From: Eledone cirrhosa
Taxonomy: Eukaryota
NCBI GenBank assembly: GCA_964016885.1
Contig: OZ024743.1
Location: 240,622,001-240,686,000, forward strand
DNA length: 64,000 nucleotides
Direction: 5' to 3'
In this document: one piece after another, positions 26,740 to 38,695 of the stretch
Numbering within the stretch: the first letter of the stretch is position 1
Layout: every line of letters begins with the position of its first letter
Notes under the pieces: generated by a model
Databases searched by the model: none
Told to the model about the DNA's origin: nothing
What the model saw: the letters and a program-made list of their open reading frames with translations, nothing else
Translations under genes and position numbers: made by a program

Positions 26740-27065
26740 CACAGGTATTGTTATCAAAATTAGTGGCTTCCAAATTTTTTTCCCCCTTAATATTATCAGT
26801 TGGTTATTGTTATCAAAATTAATGTATCTCCAAGCTCTTTATTTATTGAATGTTTTTGATTGTTTATTGCTATCAAAATTAGTGGATCCTAAACTCTTGA
26901 TTGGCTTATTATCATCTGTTTATTGTCATCCAAATTATTGATTCTCTAAACCCTATTTATTGAATCTTATTGGCTGTTTATTGTTATCAATGTTAGTGAG
27001 TCTCAAACTCTTTATTTACTTAACATTATCAGCTGGCTATTGTTATCAGCCACTTATTGTTATTG
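26740..27065. repeat. Degenerate ~55-60-bp tandem repeat
   Basis: Recurrent TTATTGTTATCAAAATTAGTG...CAAACTCT. Confidence 0.7.
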
Positions 27066-27249
27066 AAAAGGTTACATTGCAAAGAGATCACTAAAATAGG
27101 TTTCCACTATACACACACTGAAGAGGTTACACTTGTAGCCAAGGGAACATTTATTATATTTTTGGAGAACATTAAAATCTCCATGTCCCATTTAACATAG
27201 ATGTTACTAAATGCTGACTGAATTAGATTAATGAGATTATGATTTATTC

Positions 27250-27700
27250 TGTTTTAACACCATAAAATCAGGATTAAACACAAAAAACTAAGATTAAAAG
27301 AGCATAAAACCAGACTTATACACCATAAAGCCAGAATTAAACACTATAAAATAAGACTTATACACCACAAACCCAAAGTTAAACACCATAAAACCAGACT
27401 TATACACCATAAACTCAGAATTAAACACCATAAAACCAGACTTATACACCATAAACCCATAATTAAACACCTTAAAACCAGAGTTAAACCGCATAAAACC
27501 TGACTTATACACCATAAACCCAGAGTTAAACACTATAAAACCAGACTTAAACACAATAAACCCATAATTAAACACCATAAAACTAGTTATTCACCACAAA
27601 ACCAGAGTTAAACAGTATAAAACCAGAATTAAACACCAGTAAAACAATATAACATCAAAGTTTAAACCTATTTATACACCATAAAACCTTGGTTAAACAC
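27250..27700. repeat. 21-bp minisatellite
   Basis: Units of AAACACCATAAAACCAGA(C/G/A)TT; the spurious ORF shows a 7-aa period. Confidence 0.9.
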
Positions 27701-28020
27701 ATTATATAATGATGATAAATTCAAAGACCCAAATCCAGAGAGGACTCAATAAGGGTTGCCATGACAAAAAGTATCCAGTCCACACTATAAAGTGGTTGTG
27801 TAGGTATCACAACAAAAAGCACCAAATACACACAATAAATGTAGTTGACATTAGGAAGGGCATCCAGCTGTAGAAATGAAGTAAAAAATCAGTTCTGTTT
27901 CAGCAAAACATGGTCAACTAATCTGACTTGACTCACAATGGGACAACTCGTCTATCCCATGTTAGCATCGAAAAATAGACTTTAAAGGTGGTGATGATGA
28001 TGGAACCTCCCTAAGAGCAA

Positions 28021-28365
28021 ATATTTATTATTAATATAGATTAAAAGTTTAAGCAAACAATTTTTGCTTTCACCTTAACTCTTTAGCATTTAAACCTTTT
28101 TCTGTTTAAACTGGCTGTAACCGGCCTCTCATAATGATGTTAAGGTATTGTTCTTAAAATAAATAATATCAAAATCTCATAGATTTGATATTATATGAGA
28201 TAAAGCCTTTACTATGAAAATATAATAGTATATATAGAGTAATGTAAATGCTAAAGGGTTAAAGGGCATCATCTGAAATGAGTTTCAGATGATCCTGCTT
28301 AGGGTGAAAGCAGAAATTATTTGCTTAAACTTTTAAACTGTACTAATAACAAATAAATAAATATT
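28021..28365. mobile_element. Older hairpin-form copy of the CAGAnGA hammerhead cassette, interrupted by a TTAA MITE
   Basis: Homologous to 32825-32905 and 33730-33799. MITE at 28075-28262; plus-strand motif at 28281-28331. Confidence 0.75.
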
Positions 28366-28399
28366 TATGACAAAAAAAACCCCAGTCCACACTGAAGTG

Positions 28400-28606
28400 G
28401 TAGTGTAGGAGACACGGTAAAAAGGCTCCCAGTCCACACTGTAAATGTGGTTGGCTTTAGGAAGGGCATCCAGCCATAGAAAACCTACCAGAAACAGTTC
28501 TATAGGAGCAAGACACGGTCGCCTGACCAATCTTGCCTCAAGTGGGACAAATCTGTCCAACCCATGCTAGCATGGAAGATGGACATTAAACGATGATGAT
28601 GATGAT
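28400..28606 (+). mobile_element. SINE with RTE-type tail (family C), best copy
   Basis: TTAGGAAGGGCATCCAGCCATAGAAA...CCCATGCTAGCATGGAAGATGGACATTAAACGATGATGATGAT. Confidence 0.8.
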
Positions 28607-29429
28607 ACTATATATATATATGTGTGTGTGTGTGTATATTCTCTTCATAATAGAACCACCCAATTCCACACTGTAAATACTGTAAATGTGATTGAAGCTT
28701 AGGAAGGGCATTTATCAATCGTAAAAACACAACCAAAACATGGTCCCTCTATGAGGAAGGTACAACTGGCCAGACTTGCCTCATAATGGGACCACCCAGT
28801 CCCACACTGTAAATATGGTTGGTATTAGGAAGAGCATCCAACAGTTGTAATAACCCAGCCAAAATGCAGTTCCATCTGAGCAAGGTATGGCGCGGCCAAC
28901 TAGCCAGACTTGTTTCATAACATGGATGACCTGTCTAACACATGCAAGCATGGAAAAATAGATGTTAAGCAGTGACGATTATGATATATATCTATGGAGG
29001 GAAGTAGAAAATCGATTATATCAATCTTGGTATATGACTGATTCTTTATTTTTTCAAACTCGAAAGGATGAAAAACAAATTTGATTTCAGTGGGATTTGA
29101 ACTCAGAATGTAAAGGGCCATAACTAAATGCTGCAAAGTATTTTATCCAATGCTCTTACAATTCTACACAGTTTTTAGAATTACATGGAAATCTTCTTCA
29201 TTCTCTCACCAGACTTCTTACTGATTTCGTAATCAGGTTGATATGAGTGTAATGCAATATTTGGTGCAGTTCATTACTTCACTACAGTTAATTACAATTA
29301 ATTATATGATGAATATATGGAAAAGACAAAGAAAATAAGAGCAACATCAAGTAACATATGCAGAACATTAATTCACCGCTGCACATATTGGCAGACACCA
29401 GCACACTCTCAAACATCACTAAACCTTCA

Positions 29430-29665
29430 CTACTCCAACCACCATCACCATCTCTCTACTAATACAATCATCGCAATCAAAACCATTATTACCACTACCA
29501 GCATCATCATCACTACTAACACCACCAGTGCTAATATCAAAACCAAAAGCACTAGCACCAGCAACACAATCACCCCAAACCCCACCAATGTCAACACAGC
29601 CAGCATTATCATCATCAGCAGTAGCAGCACTGGCACCACCACCATCACCACCCACAACAACAACA
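29430..29665. repeat. Degenerate CAC/CAN trinucleotide low-complexity tract
   Basis: Direct reading. A similar tract lies at 53775-54060. Confidence 0.8.
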
Positions 29666-30239
29666 CTGGTGTAGGCTAGAACAAATGATTGATGTTGCCA
29701 TGTGCTCACTTGACTGCTAGAAAAAGCAGCGAAATTTCACTGAAATTAAACAGTGCAGTGCTTAAAAAAGGGCAGTGGACACATTGTATAATGAAGTGCT
29801 AAACAGATAACGCCAGGTAGAAAATGGAGTAGTTATGACTGAAATACCATTGATCATAGGTCTGTTCAATTATGACTGACTTGGGGCTAAACAATAACAA
29901 TGACAAGACTGGCAAAACCATCACCAGTACTGTAATTAATACATATTGTCCAACTATATTTGGGGGATAAAGGAAAATAACATTGAATATAATACTAAAT
30001 GAATATAGTATTAGATAAATATGATATCAAATCCTGGACAGCAAGATGTATTTAAATGACATGAACTAGTGTCAACTATACACAAGATGGTCTGACACAT
30101 CTGGTCTCTGACTGTGACCACTTCACCAATCCATGCCAGACTGGAAAGTGGACGTAAAAGATGATGATGATAATGAATATGATATATATAAATATATGTG
30201 TGTGTGAGTGCGTGAAGACAGTGTGTGTGGTGGGTGGGT

Positions 30240-30475
30240 GTGTGATGGTGTCGGTGGTAGTGGTGATGGTGTCAGTGGTAGTGGTGATGGTGTCGGTAGT
30301 AGTGGTGATGGTGTCGGTGGTAGTGGTGATGGTGTCGGTAGTGGTGATGGTGTCGGTGGTAGTGGTGATGGTGTCGGTGGTAGTGCTGGTGGGTTATATG
30401 ATGTCTGTGGTGGGGGTAATAGTGGTAGTGATGACAATGGCACTGGTAGGAGTGGTAGAGGTGGTGGTGGTAGGT
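30240..30475. repeat. 21-bp GGT-rich minisatellite
   Basis: GGTGATGGTGTCGGTGGTAGT repeated about 6 times. Confidence 0.9.
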
Positions 30476-31015
30476 AGCAGACACAGGAAGGCAGTCCTGT
30501 GTAATAAATGTTGGTGTGTAGTTGGAGAATATGGTATTATTAAAGATTGCCTGCTGACACTGATGGAAAATATTGCTAGCTGTCAAAATACAAGACACAA
30601 CTGAACAATGCCTACTAGTAGAAGAAATAAAGAAATATTTCCTGACATCTCACCAAAAATAATGATAGTTTTTTCAGGCAGGTAACGTTTGATAGCTTGA
30701 TTGAAGCTAAAAGACAATGCCGTATACAGATGTGTGTATGTGTGCATGTGTGTATACATGCACTTACACACACACATATATATATGTGTGTGTGTGAATA
30801 TGTATGTTGTGGATGTGTATATCTGTATATGCATTTGTACATGTGTGTTGATGGGGAAAATGTCTCAGTGTTTATATATATATATATAAATAGGGAGACA
30901 CAAAACAGGCTATATATATATATATAATGAAAAATTTGAACAGGGACAGAACAGAGTGGCAGTACAATAAATGTTTATTAAATTCACGCTCAGGAGAGTG
31001 GGGGGTAGGTGGGGG

Positions 31016-31047
31016 ACGACGTTTCGGGCATAAGCCCTTCCTCAGGT
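31016..31047 (-). ncRNA. Minimal type I hammerhead ribozyme (Penelope pLTR type)
   Basis: AC-CTGAGGA-A-GGGC-TTAT-GCCC-GAAA-CG-TC-GT, with palindromic stem III (ACGT) and a GUC cleavage triplet. Stem I is only ~2 bp. Confidence 0.8.
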
Positions 31048-31365
31048 GAGAAGTGTGTGGGAACAGAGTTCAAAAGGTGTGTAGGGGAGTGGTGGAGAAA
31101 CATATAGCGAAAGGAAACGGTGCAAATGAAAAATTAACAAATAAAGACAAAAAATATATAAAAAATAAAAATAAAGCATGATCAAAATACAAGGAATGAG
31201 AAAATTTAAAAATAAAGGCATGATCAAAATAAACTGAAATTAAAAGGGGGGGGGGTAAACAGGTGGTGGAAGGGTGTGGGGTGAGTAGGGGTGGTGGCGG
31301 GTGGAGTGGGGAGAGGGAGACGGGGTGTCCGAGCGGGGAGGGCTGAAGGTGGTGTGTGTGTGTAG

Positions 31366-31414
<49 letters not shown>

Positions 31415-32449
31415 AAAGTGAGAGTTGGGGAAGAACGGGGTTGCATGTTCAGGAAGAGGTGTGTGTGGGGGGTGTTTTTGTGGGTCGGAGTGTCTGTGCG
31501 TGTGTGGATAGGGGGGTGGGGGGAGAGGAATCAGGAGGCTGAGGGTGTAAATATGTGGTGGGAAGCACGTGTGTGTGGGGTTGAAGCGTGTTGTGGGTGT
31601 GGGTGGCGTGTGGAGAAAAAAATTTTTTTGGGGTGTGTGTGTGGGTGAGTTATATAGGTGATGGCGTAAGAGGATGGTTGAAAAGTTGGTAAGTTCCACG
31701 GATGTTTGGAGATTTGGTTATAAGTCAATTTCGCGTGTGGGTAATCCAAGAAGCGGTGGTCGGAAGAGGAGAGATGTGGGGTGCGCGCGCAACAGGAAGT
31801 GGTCAGCAGTGGGAGTGCTGTGGTCAGTTGGTGCTGGGAGGTGGTGGGAAGGGCATAGCAGCAGTCGGTGGAATGGTAGGGAGGCGAGGATGGGTAGGTG
31901 TGAGAGTTGGAGTGAGAAGGGTGTGTGTGTGTGTGTGTGTGTGTATTAGTAGGGGTGTTAGTGGGATGAGTGAGTGTGGAGCGGGGGTGTGGATGGAGCG
32001 GGGAGAGAAGGGTGTGTGTGGTTCTATGGAGGGAGTGTGGTGTACTGGTGTGTGTGTAGTTTGGTAAAGAGGTGTTAGTGGGTGTTAGTATACGGAAGGT
32101 GGGGAGGGGTGGAATGCAGGTGTGAGTGGGGGTTAGTGGTGGTAGGGTGTGTAGAGTTGGTGGTGTACGAGGGTGTGTGGGTACGTGTGCGTGGGGTTGG
32201 AGGGTGTTAGTGATGTTAGTTGCGTGTGGGGTGGGTGGTGTAAGTGGGTGCGTGTGTGCGTGTGATAAGGAGGGGGAGGAGGAGAAGAGGGGAGGGAAGG
32301 GATGTAAGTATGTTAGTTGGGGAAGGGTGGTCAGATGAGGGGTGGAGTGGAGGTGTTAGTATTGTTAGTGTGGGGTGGGCGGTGAAAAGGAGGGGTGTGT
32401 TAGTGGTGTTAGTGGGGGATAAGTGTGGGGGGAGGGGGGCGGTCGAACG

Positions 32450-32701
32450 CTAAAGGAATAAGGGTGGGGAGTTCAGGCCGGGGGGAGTGTGGGTCTGTAA
32501 GATGAAGATAGTGCGTTGTTCGACCGTAAGGCGATGGGCGGGTGTTCCGTGGCACTGGAGTAGGCCACAGACTGTGAGATGGCGTGCGGAGTGTCCAGGG
32601 CCACCAAAGTGGCGGGCGATGGGGGAACTGCCCCCGAGACGAATATCCCGGAGGTGCTCCGTGACTCGGTCCGCCAGGCGACGTCCCGTCTGTCCGACGA
32701 A
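32450..32701 (-). pseudogene. GIY-YIG endonuclease domain fragment (Penelope-like); no start codon, not in the ORF track
   Basis: Matches the (Y)VG.T.R.L..R..EH...P(V/I)ARHF...H......E......P.GLN signature. TAG stop at 32450-32452. Confidence 0.88.
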
Positions 32702-32833
32702 GTCCGTAGACTAGGTTGGAGGAGGTTATATATATATATATAGTAATAATAATAAATTTGAAGACTAAAATCCAAAGAGGGCTCGATAAGGATAAATATA
32801 TATCAAATATATAAGAACCGTAGAGCAAATATT

Positions 32834-33419
32834 TATTAAAATAACAGATTAAAGTTTAAGCCAAGAATCGCTGCTTTCACCCTTAACGGGATCTTCTGAA
32901 ACTAACAAAGTCAATCTGTAAACGCAGAAGTGAATATTTCAAAAACGTTGCAACCGGAGGAAGACAGGAAGACGATACTTTGGTTCGTGGAAACGTTCGC
33001 TGCCAAAGAACGGGAAAAAACGAATATAATGCGTCATTATTTGGAGCGGTGAAAAACAATTACACGCAAAGACAGAACCACGTTTATGGTATAAAAGAAG
33101 TCGTAGACTAATATTCGATTTGGTGGTTCATAGAGACGTTCTCTGGCAATGAACGGACAAAACGAAGATAATACGTCATATGTGGAGCGTAGAGAACAAT
33201 TGCACGCAAAGACAAAACCACGTAAATGATATAACTGAAGTCGTAGACTAAAATTCTAACTAGGAAACCGAATGATTCTCCGCTTCAGAGTTAAGAATAA
33301 AGTAAATAAAATACAGAGGTAATTGAAATTAAATAAATACATACACGCATCCATATACGTACATACACAAGCATACACAAAAACAATCGCCATAGGTATA
33401 CACATACACGCACATATAA

Positions 33420-33459
<40 letters not shown>

Positions 33460-33791
33460 GTACGTGTATACAAATAATTAAATAAACGTTTATAAATAAA
33501 TAAATACGTATATATCAAGCGCACACACGTACCTACATGTAAATACATAAATGTTCGGAGACTGACGTCAACCAAAACACGAAGTACACATATACACTCA
33601 CCCTACATACGTACGAACCCGCATACTCACACAGACGCAAAACTCACGTATACACATAACCAAAAGCATATGTACCGGTTGCAACGTTTTTTGAAATATT
33701 CACTTCTGCGTTTACAGATTGACTTTGTTAGTTTCAGAAGATCCCGTTAAGGGTGAAAGCAGCGATTCTTTGCTTAAACTTTAATCTGTTA

Positions 33792-33799
<8 letters not shown>
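32834..33799. repeat. Inverted repeat (~124-bp arms), each arm carrying a hammerhead-like motif
   Basis: Arms 32834-32957 and 33675-33799 differ at about 3 positions. Motif AGTTT-CAGAAGA-TCCCGTTAAGGGT-GAAA-GCA...TGCT-T-AAACT at 33730-33780 (+) and 32853-32903 (-). Confidence 0.85.
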
Positions 33800-33888
<89 letters not shown>

Positions 33889-34104
33889 ATGTATACATGT
33901 GTATCATCATCATCATCATCATCATTTTATGTCCGCTTTTCCCTGCTTTCAAGGGTGGGACGGGAACTGATTCTGGCTTGATTTCTACAGCTGGATGCCC
34001 TTCCTAACACCAACCTCATTTACAGTCAGTGCTGGGTGCTTTTTTGCTGTGGCACCTCCACGACCACTTTGCAGTGGAATGAGATGATAGGGACTGGGGT
34101 CCCT

Positions 34105-34252
34105 ATCATCTCATTTCTACAGCTGAGTAAACTGGAGGAATGTGAAATAAAGTGTCTTGCTCAAGGAAACAACACATCACCCGGTCTGAGAATTGAACAC
34201 ACAACCTTTCGATTGCAAGGCCAATGCTCTAACCACTAAGACATGTGCCTCC
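34105..34252 (-). mobile_element. tRNA-derived SINE (family B)
   Basis: Plus strand CATTTCTACAGCTGAGTAAACTGGAG...GAAATAAAGTGTCTTGCTCAAGG...CTAACCACTAAG. Copies at ~50890-51287 and 63235-63342. Confidence 0.7.
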
Positions 34253-35117
34253 ATGTATATATATATATATATTTGTTTGTGTGAGTATGTGTATATACAT
34301 ATGTATATATGTCATCATCATCATGCAACTTCCATTTTTCTATGCTGTCATGTGTTAGATGCGTCATCAGAGACCATGTTAATACTTAACCAGAGACATT
34401 TTTGTCCTAGATGGGCAGAAGATCTATGTATTGCTAACAGAAATTCCAGTTTTGGTATGGCTTCATACAGAGTATATTAGATGCATTTTATCATGGTGCC
34501 AGCCTATTGAGTTTGGCAGCATGTCTGTGATATGACTGGGAATCCTATCAACTCATTTTGACATGATTTCTATGGTTGAAGCTCTTTTTAACTCTAGTCA
34601 CTTCACAAAGTGTACTGGAAACATTTTATCATGGTACCAACCCTTAAGAGTTTGTTGCATCCTTAATGTGATTGAGATTCCTCTCAGTTTGTGTTGCCAT
34701 GCATTCTCTGGCTGGAAACCTTTCCTAACATGAACCACTTCAGAGATTATACTGGGAGTGTTTGATCATGGCTCCAGCATGAGGGAGATTGTTGATTAAT
34801 GAGTGAAGAGCTCTTACTGATTTGGAGAAAGTGATGTGTTTGGAAATGAGAATATGAAGTGGGCTGAAAGTTTTTGTTACATGGATATGGTGGAATTTAC
34901 CAGGGTGATATCTAGATATATATGTATATATACGTACTTAAATATCTATGTGTATATATGTACGTCAATACTCATCTTTTTCCATTTCTTTGAGGGTTCT
35001 AAACCCCATTGTTAGGTTAAAATTTCTTTAGTCAAAATAATACGGTGAAAGCTTCTATTTCTAATTTCAATCTCGCTCACTGTTTCAAAACATACTTACT
35101 TATCATATATATATATA

Positions 35118-35735
35118 TACTAGCAGTGATACCCGGCGTTGCACGGGATAAGGTATTTTGGAACGCGGGCCGCCAACAGACCTAATCGTGGAAAAACTGC
35201 ATGCCTGGACAATATATAAAAAAAATAAACCGAATACTCTGATGGCTGGATAATCTTTAAGATTTTCCTCGATGAAGCAGGGAAAATGCAGATTTTCACC
35301 TAATACGAGCAGTAGGGGAACAAGAAAATGAATTTTTTTTATGTGCACAATATGCCATGAAATTTCAGGAAAATTGGCTAGACGTAACGCCCTAAAAAGA
35401 CACTAAAAAAAGCCCTAAAAGGCTGAAAAAAATGAAGTTTTTCACCTAATGCGGGCCCTAAGCCATACAAAGTTGGATTTTCTTTGCTCACGGTATGAAG
35501 AAGAGACTGACTAATACATAGTTACAATTTCAAGGAAATCGGTCTGACGTAACGCCTAAAAAAACCCTAAAAAGCTGGAAAAAAACGCAGTTTTTCACCT
35601 AATGCGGGATCAAAATAGGGGATGAAAAAGTTGAATTTTATGTGCATAACACTCCCTGAAACATAAGTAATGCACATGTAAAGTTTGAAAACAATCGGTT
35701 GGGTACTTCTCGAGCTTTAGGGATTCAAACTCACA

Positions 35736-35814
<79 letters not shown>

Positions 35815-35838
35815 CCTCAGTTTTATATATATATAGAT
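35118..35838 (+). mobile_element. Non-autonomous Helitron/Helentron (HINE/Lep1-like) element
   Basis: 5' ACTAGCAGTGATACCCGGCGTTGCACGGG hairpin. Internal tandem subrepeats (TTTTTCACCTAATGCGGG). 3' AAAGTTTGAAAACAATCGG...(CA)n...TTTTATATATATAGAT. Inserted in (AT)n. Confidence 0.65.
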
Positions 35839-37039
35839 AGAGTAAATAGAAATAACAAAGCAAATGACACAGTGCATTGAAGAAATATATTAGTTTAATG
35901 CTTGAAATAACAGGAAATATATGCATATGAGTTTGTAGAGATATGTAAAATCCTGACAGTGGCGCCAAGTGGTTTAGGCTCGTGTGTCCAGCAAGCCTTT
36001 TCAAGGGGGTAGTAATATTTGTAGGGTGTGTTTAAATAGGTCACTAGTCTTGCTATTGCTTTGGTTGAATTTATCATAGTAGTAAACTGGGCTGATGGAA
36101 AAAGTGAGGGCCAGAGAATGGTAAGTGTATCTGGACATGCAAGTGGGTCAGAAGAAGGAATTAGTTTGAATGGGGTAGGGTTGGTTAGTGCTTAAGAGTG
36201 GAGTAGGAGGAGATGGGTTATAATGGTCATATGAATAGGGGCAGAGGGGATGAGGAGTATAGACAGGGTTTAGGGGTTATGAACAAATGAAAAAAAGTAA
36301 AATAAGTAGACAAGTGTATAGGATAATATAAGATCAAGTAAAATATTAGGGTTTAAAAATAGGTAAAGTGGATAATATGGGTTGGTGTCCTGGGATAAAG
36401 TGTATGTAATATGTGTATGTATACTGCATAATACAAGCACACACAAGTATACTGGGAGTTTTAGATTTTATTTAGAAATGCATGAATAAGTAAATCAATT
36501 ATTACTTCAATGAAAGGAATGTGATGAGGTAAAATTTAAAGAGTAAACACATAAAAAAGTGGATAGACGAATGGGTAGAATATGCACACACAGGCACAAA
36601 CACATACATACACACATACATGCACATTCACATACCTGCATGTGCGCATATTTGTCATGTAAAGTCATGTACAAACTGTCAGCACACACATGCCTACATG
36701 TATCATACACATGCACACATATATGTATGCATGTACTACATTCATACATCCATGCAAGAGTCAGGGAAGAAGAGGTTGTAAAGTCATCTGCACATATACA
36801 CATGAGAAGTATAGTATGTAAAAGGAAACTTATTAGGTGAGTAGTGGTTGGTTGATGTGACCATGTAGGTAGTAGGTGGATATACTAATTGAGGGGTGGG
36901 AGAGTGGAGTGTGGGCTCGAGGTCTCTGCATTTGGGTTCCCAGGGGAAGTGTAGGTGTTGAGGAAGGAGTGTACAGTGGGGCTTAGTCCAGGTACAGGTC
37001 ACTGAACAGTCTTAATGGTGAGTGGCTTGGGGTTCTGGC

Positions 37040-37780
37040 ACTTGGTAGGTGTGGGTTATTAGGCATAGATACAATGTTTGTATACTATGCATTTATTTGG
37101 TCATTAGTTGAACAGTATGTGAAATGCCTCAGCTGCACACAAGTTGCAGGGGCCCCTCCTCCTGTGTAGGGTAGGGCTCCGCTGATGGTAGTCCAGCACA
37201 GATGGTAGGGTATTCCATTGTCGCGTAATTACCAGAGGTGTCTGGAGAGGCTTGTGGTATGCTTTCACTCAGGGTATCAGAAAGAATTTGTGCTGCATGA
37301 ATCAGAATTTGAAGGTGTTAGCCATTATACCTATGTATGCTTTTCTCTGCAGCCTGGAGATGACCTCACATTTGTATATTACATTGATAGTCAGGTATTT
37401 GGAATCCAGAGAGCACTCTTCTCAGTAGCAGCAATTGTAGTTCTGTCCTATGGTCAGGTTGGTTGGAGTACAGAATGTGTGTCTGTTGAGTTTGGTTCTG
37501 TTAGATGCAGTGATACTCTGTGCTATATTTGGTGTTGTTGAGTAGAGTATAGCTTCACAGTGTTTTTATACAAAATTCTGTGGTACCGGTGCTGTGGTGG
37601 GAAGTGCCTCCAGATCATCCCCTAAATAATCCAAGCAACGGGTGTTCTCACTTCTGCATTGTGGGGTGGGGTGTACCATGTAACCCTACATTTTCTGTTC
37701 CATCAGTAGTTGCATACTTCTTGGGGTCTGATGAATTCTATGCCTTGGTTAAACCCATTGCGTCAGAGGGTGTCATTTTA
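37040..37780 (-). mobile_element. Decayed Penelope-like element (second family), GIY-YIG region
   Basis: WYTPPHN, YKNTVKL, NYNCC.*EECSLDSKYLTINVIYKCEV, AYIGIMANTFK and PY...CNLCAAEAFHIL motifs with stops. Confidence 0.75.
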
Positions 37781-38335
37781 ATAGCGTGTGTATACTTAAA
37801 TATGTGTGTTAACATATATATATATACACACATGTAATATATACTATATTATATGTGTGTGTATATATATACACACACACGCACACACATACACACATAT
37901 ATACATGAGTGCATATAACTCTCTTTATATATGTGTTTAACTCTGTAATTTGAAGAATAAATCTCCCTGAAGTGGTGAGAAATATTTCCTCATCTAAGGT
38001 TTTTCTCAAAATTTAGACAGAACAGTAGAGAATGGATCTCATCTTTAATGCCAACTGGTGGAAACAGTTGGCATTAAAGATGGTATTAGGTCTCTTCGAT
38101 GTATCATATTCACTATCAGTTGGCTTGATTCTGAGTGGTTGAAATATATAGGAATAAGAAAGGAACTTTACCTACATTGTGTGTGTCAACATTGATTAGT
38201 GAAAAAATGTATGTATATATATACATATACATATCTATACATATATATTGTGTATCTACAAATATGCATATTTGTATATATATATATTTACCATCATCAT
38301 CATCATCGTTTAACGTCTATATTCCATGCTAGCAT

Positions 38336-38382
<47 letters not shown>

Positions 38383-38650
38383 CATGTGTGTGTGTATGTA
38401 TGTATATATATATATATATACATATAGAGAGAAATATAGATATAGAATATACATTGACAAACAGAACAAAAAATATAATAAAGTGAAATATGATTGCACA
38501 TGCCATCTTATATGTACTACAACCAATATGACAATAAGCCCCACCCCCACACAACCATTATCTTCTACCACCCAACCCTGAGTCTAATGTGCACTTTACT
38601 TTACTCTACCAGACAGTCTTCCATCAAGACAGGATATCTATATAATACAA

Positions 38651-38695
<45 letters not shown>

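Larger units (their letters stand above)
30940..32727 (-). mobile_element. Penelope-like element, 5'-truncated: GIY-YIG C-terminus, long low-complexity 3' region, hammerhead, AATAAA
   Basis: Open frame ~32701-32450: FVGQTGRRLADRVTEHLRDIRLGGSSPIARHFGGPGHSARHLTVCGL...RLTVEQRTIFILQTHTPPGLN...*. Hammerhead at 31016-31047; AATAAA at 30974-30979. Confidence 0.88.

Noticed and set aside
27250-27700. Regular short repeats resembling a CRISPR array (also 685-1230, 25440-25760 and 26740-27065)
   Set aside because: The units are contiguous degenerate tandem repeats with no unique spacers. There are no cas genes and the context is eukaryotic.
31240-32460. Telomere-like G-rich tract
   Set aside because: There is no regular TTAGGG array; it is an irregular GT/G-run sequence lying within a Penelope 3' region.
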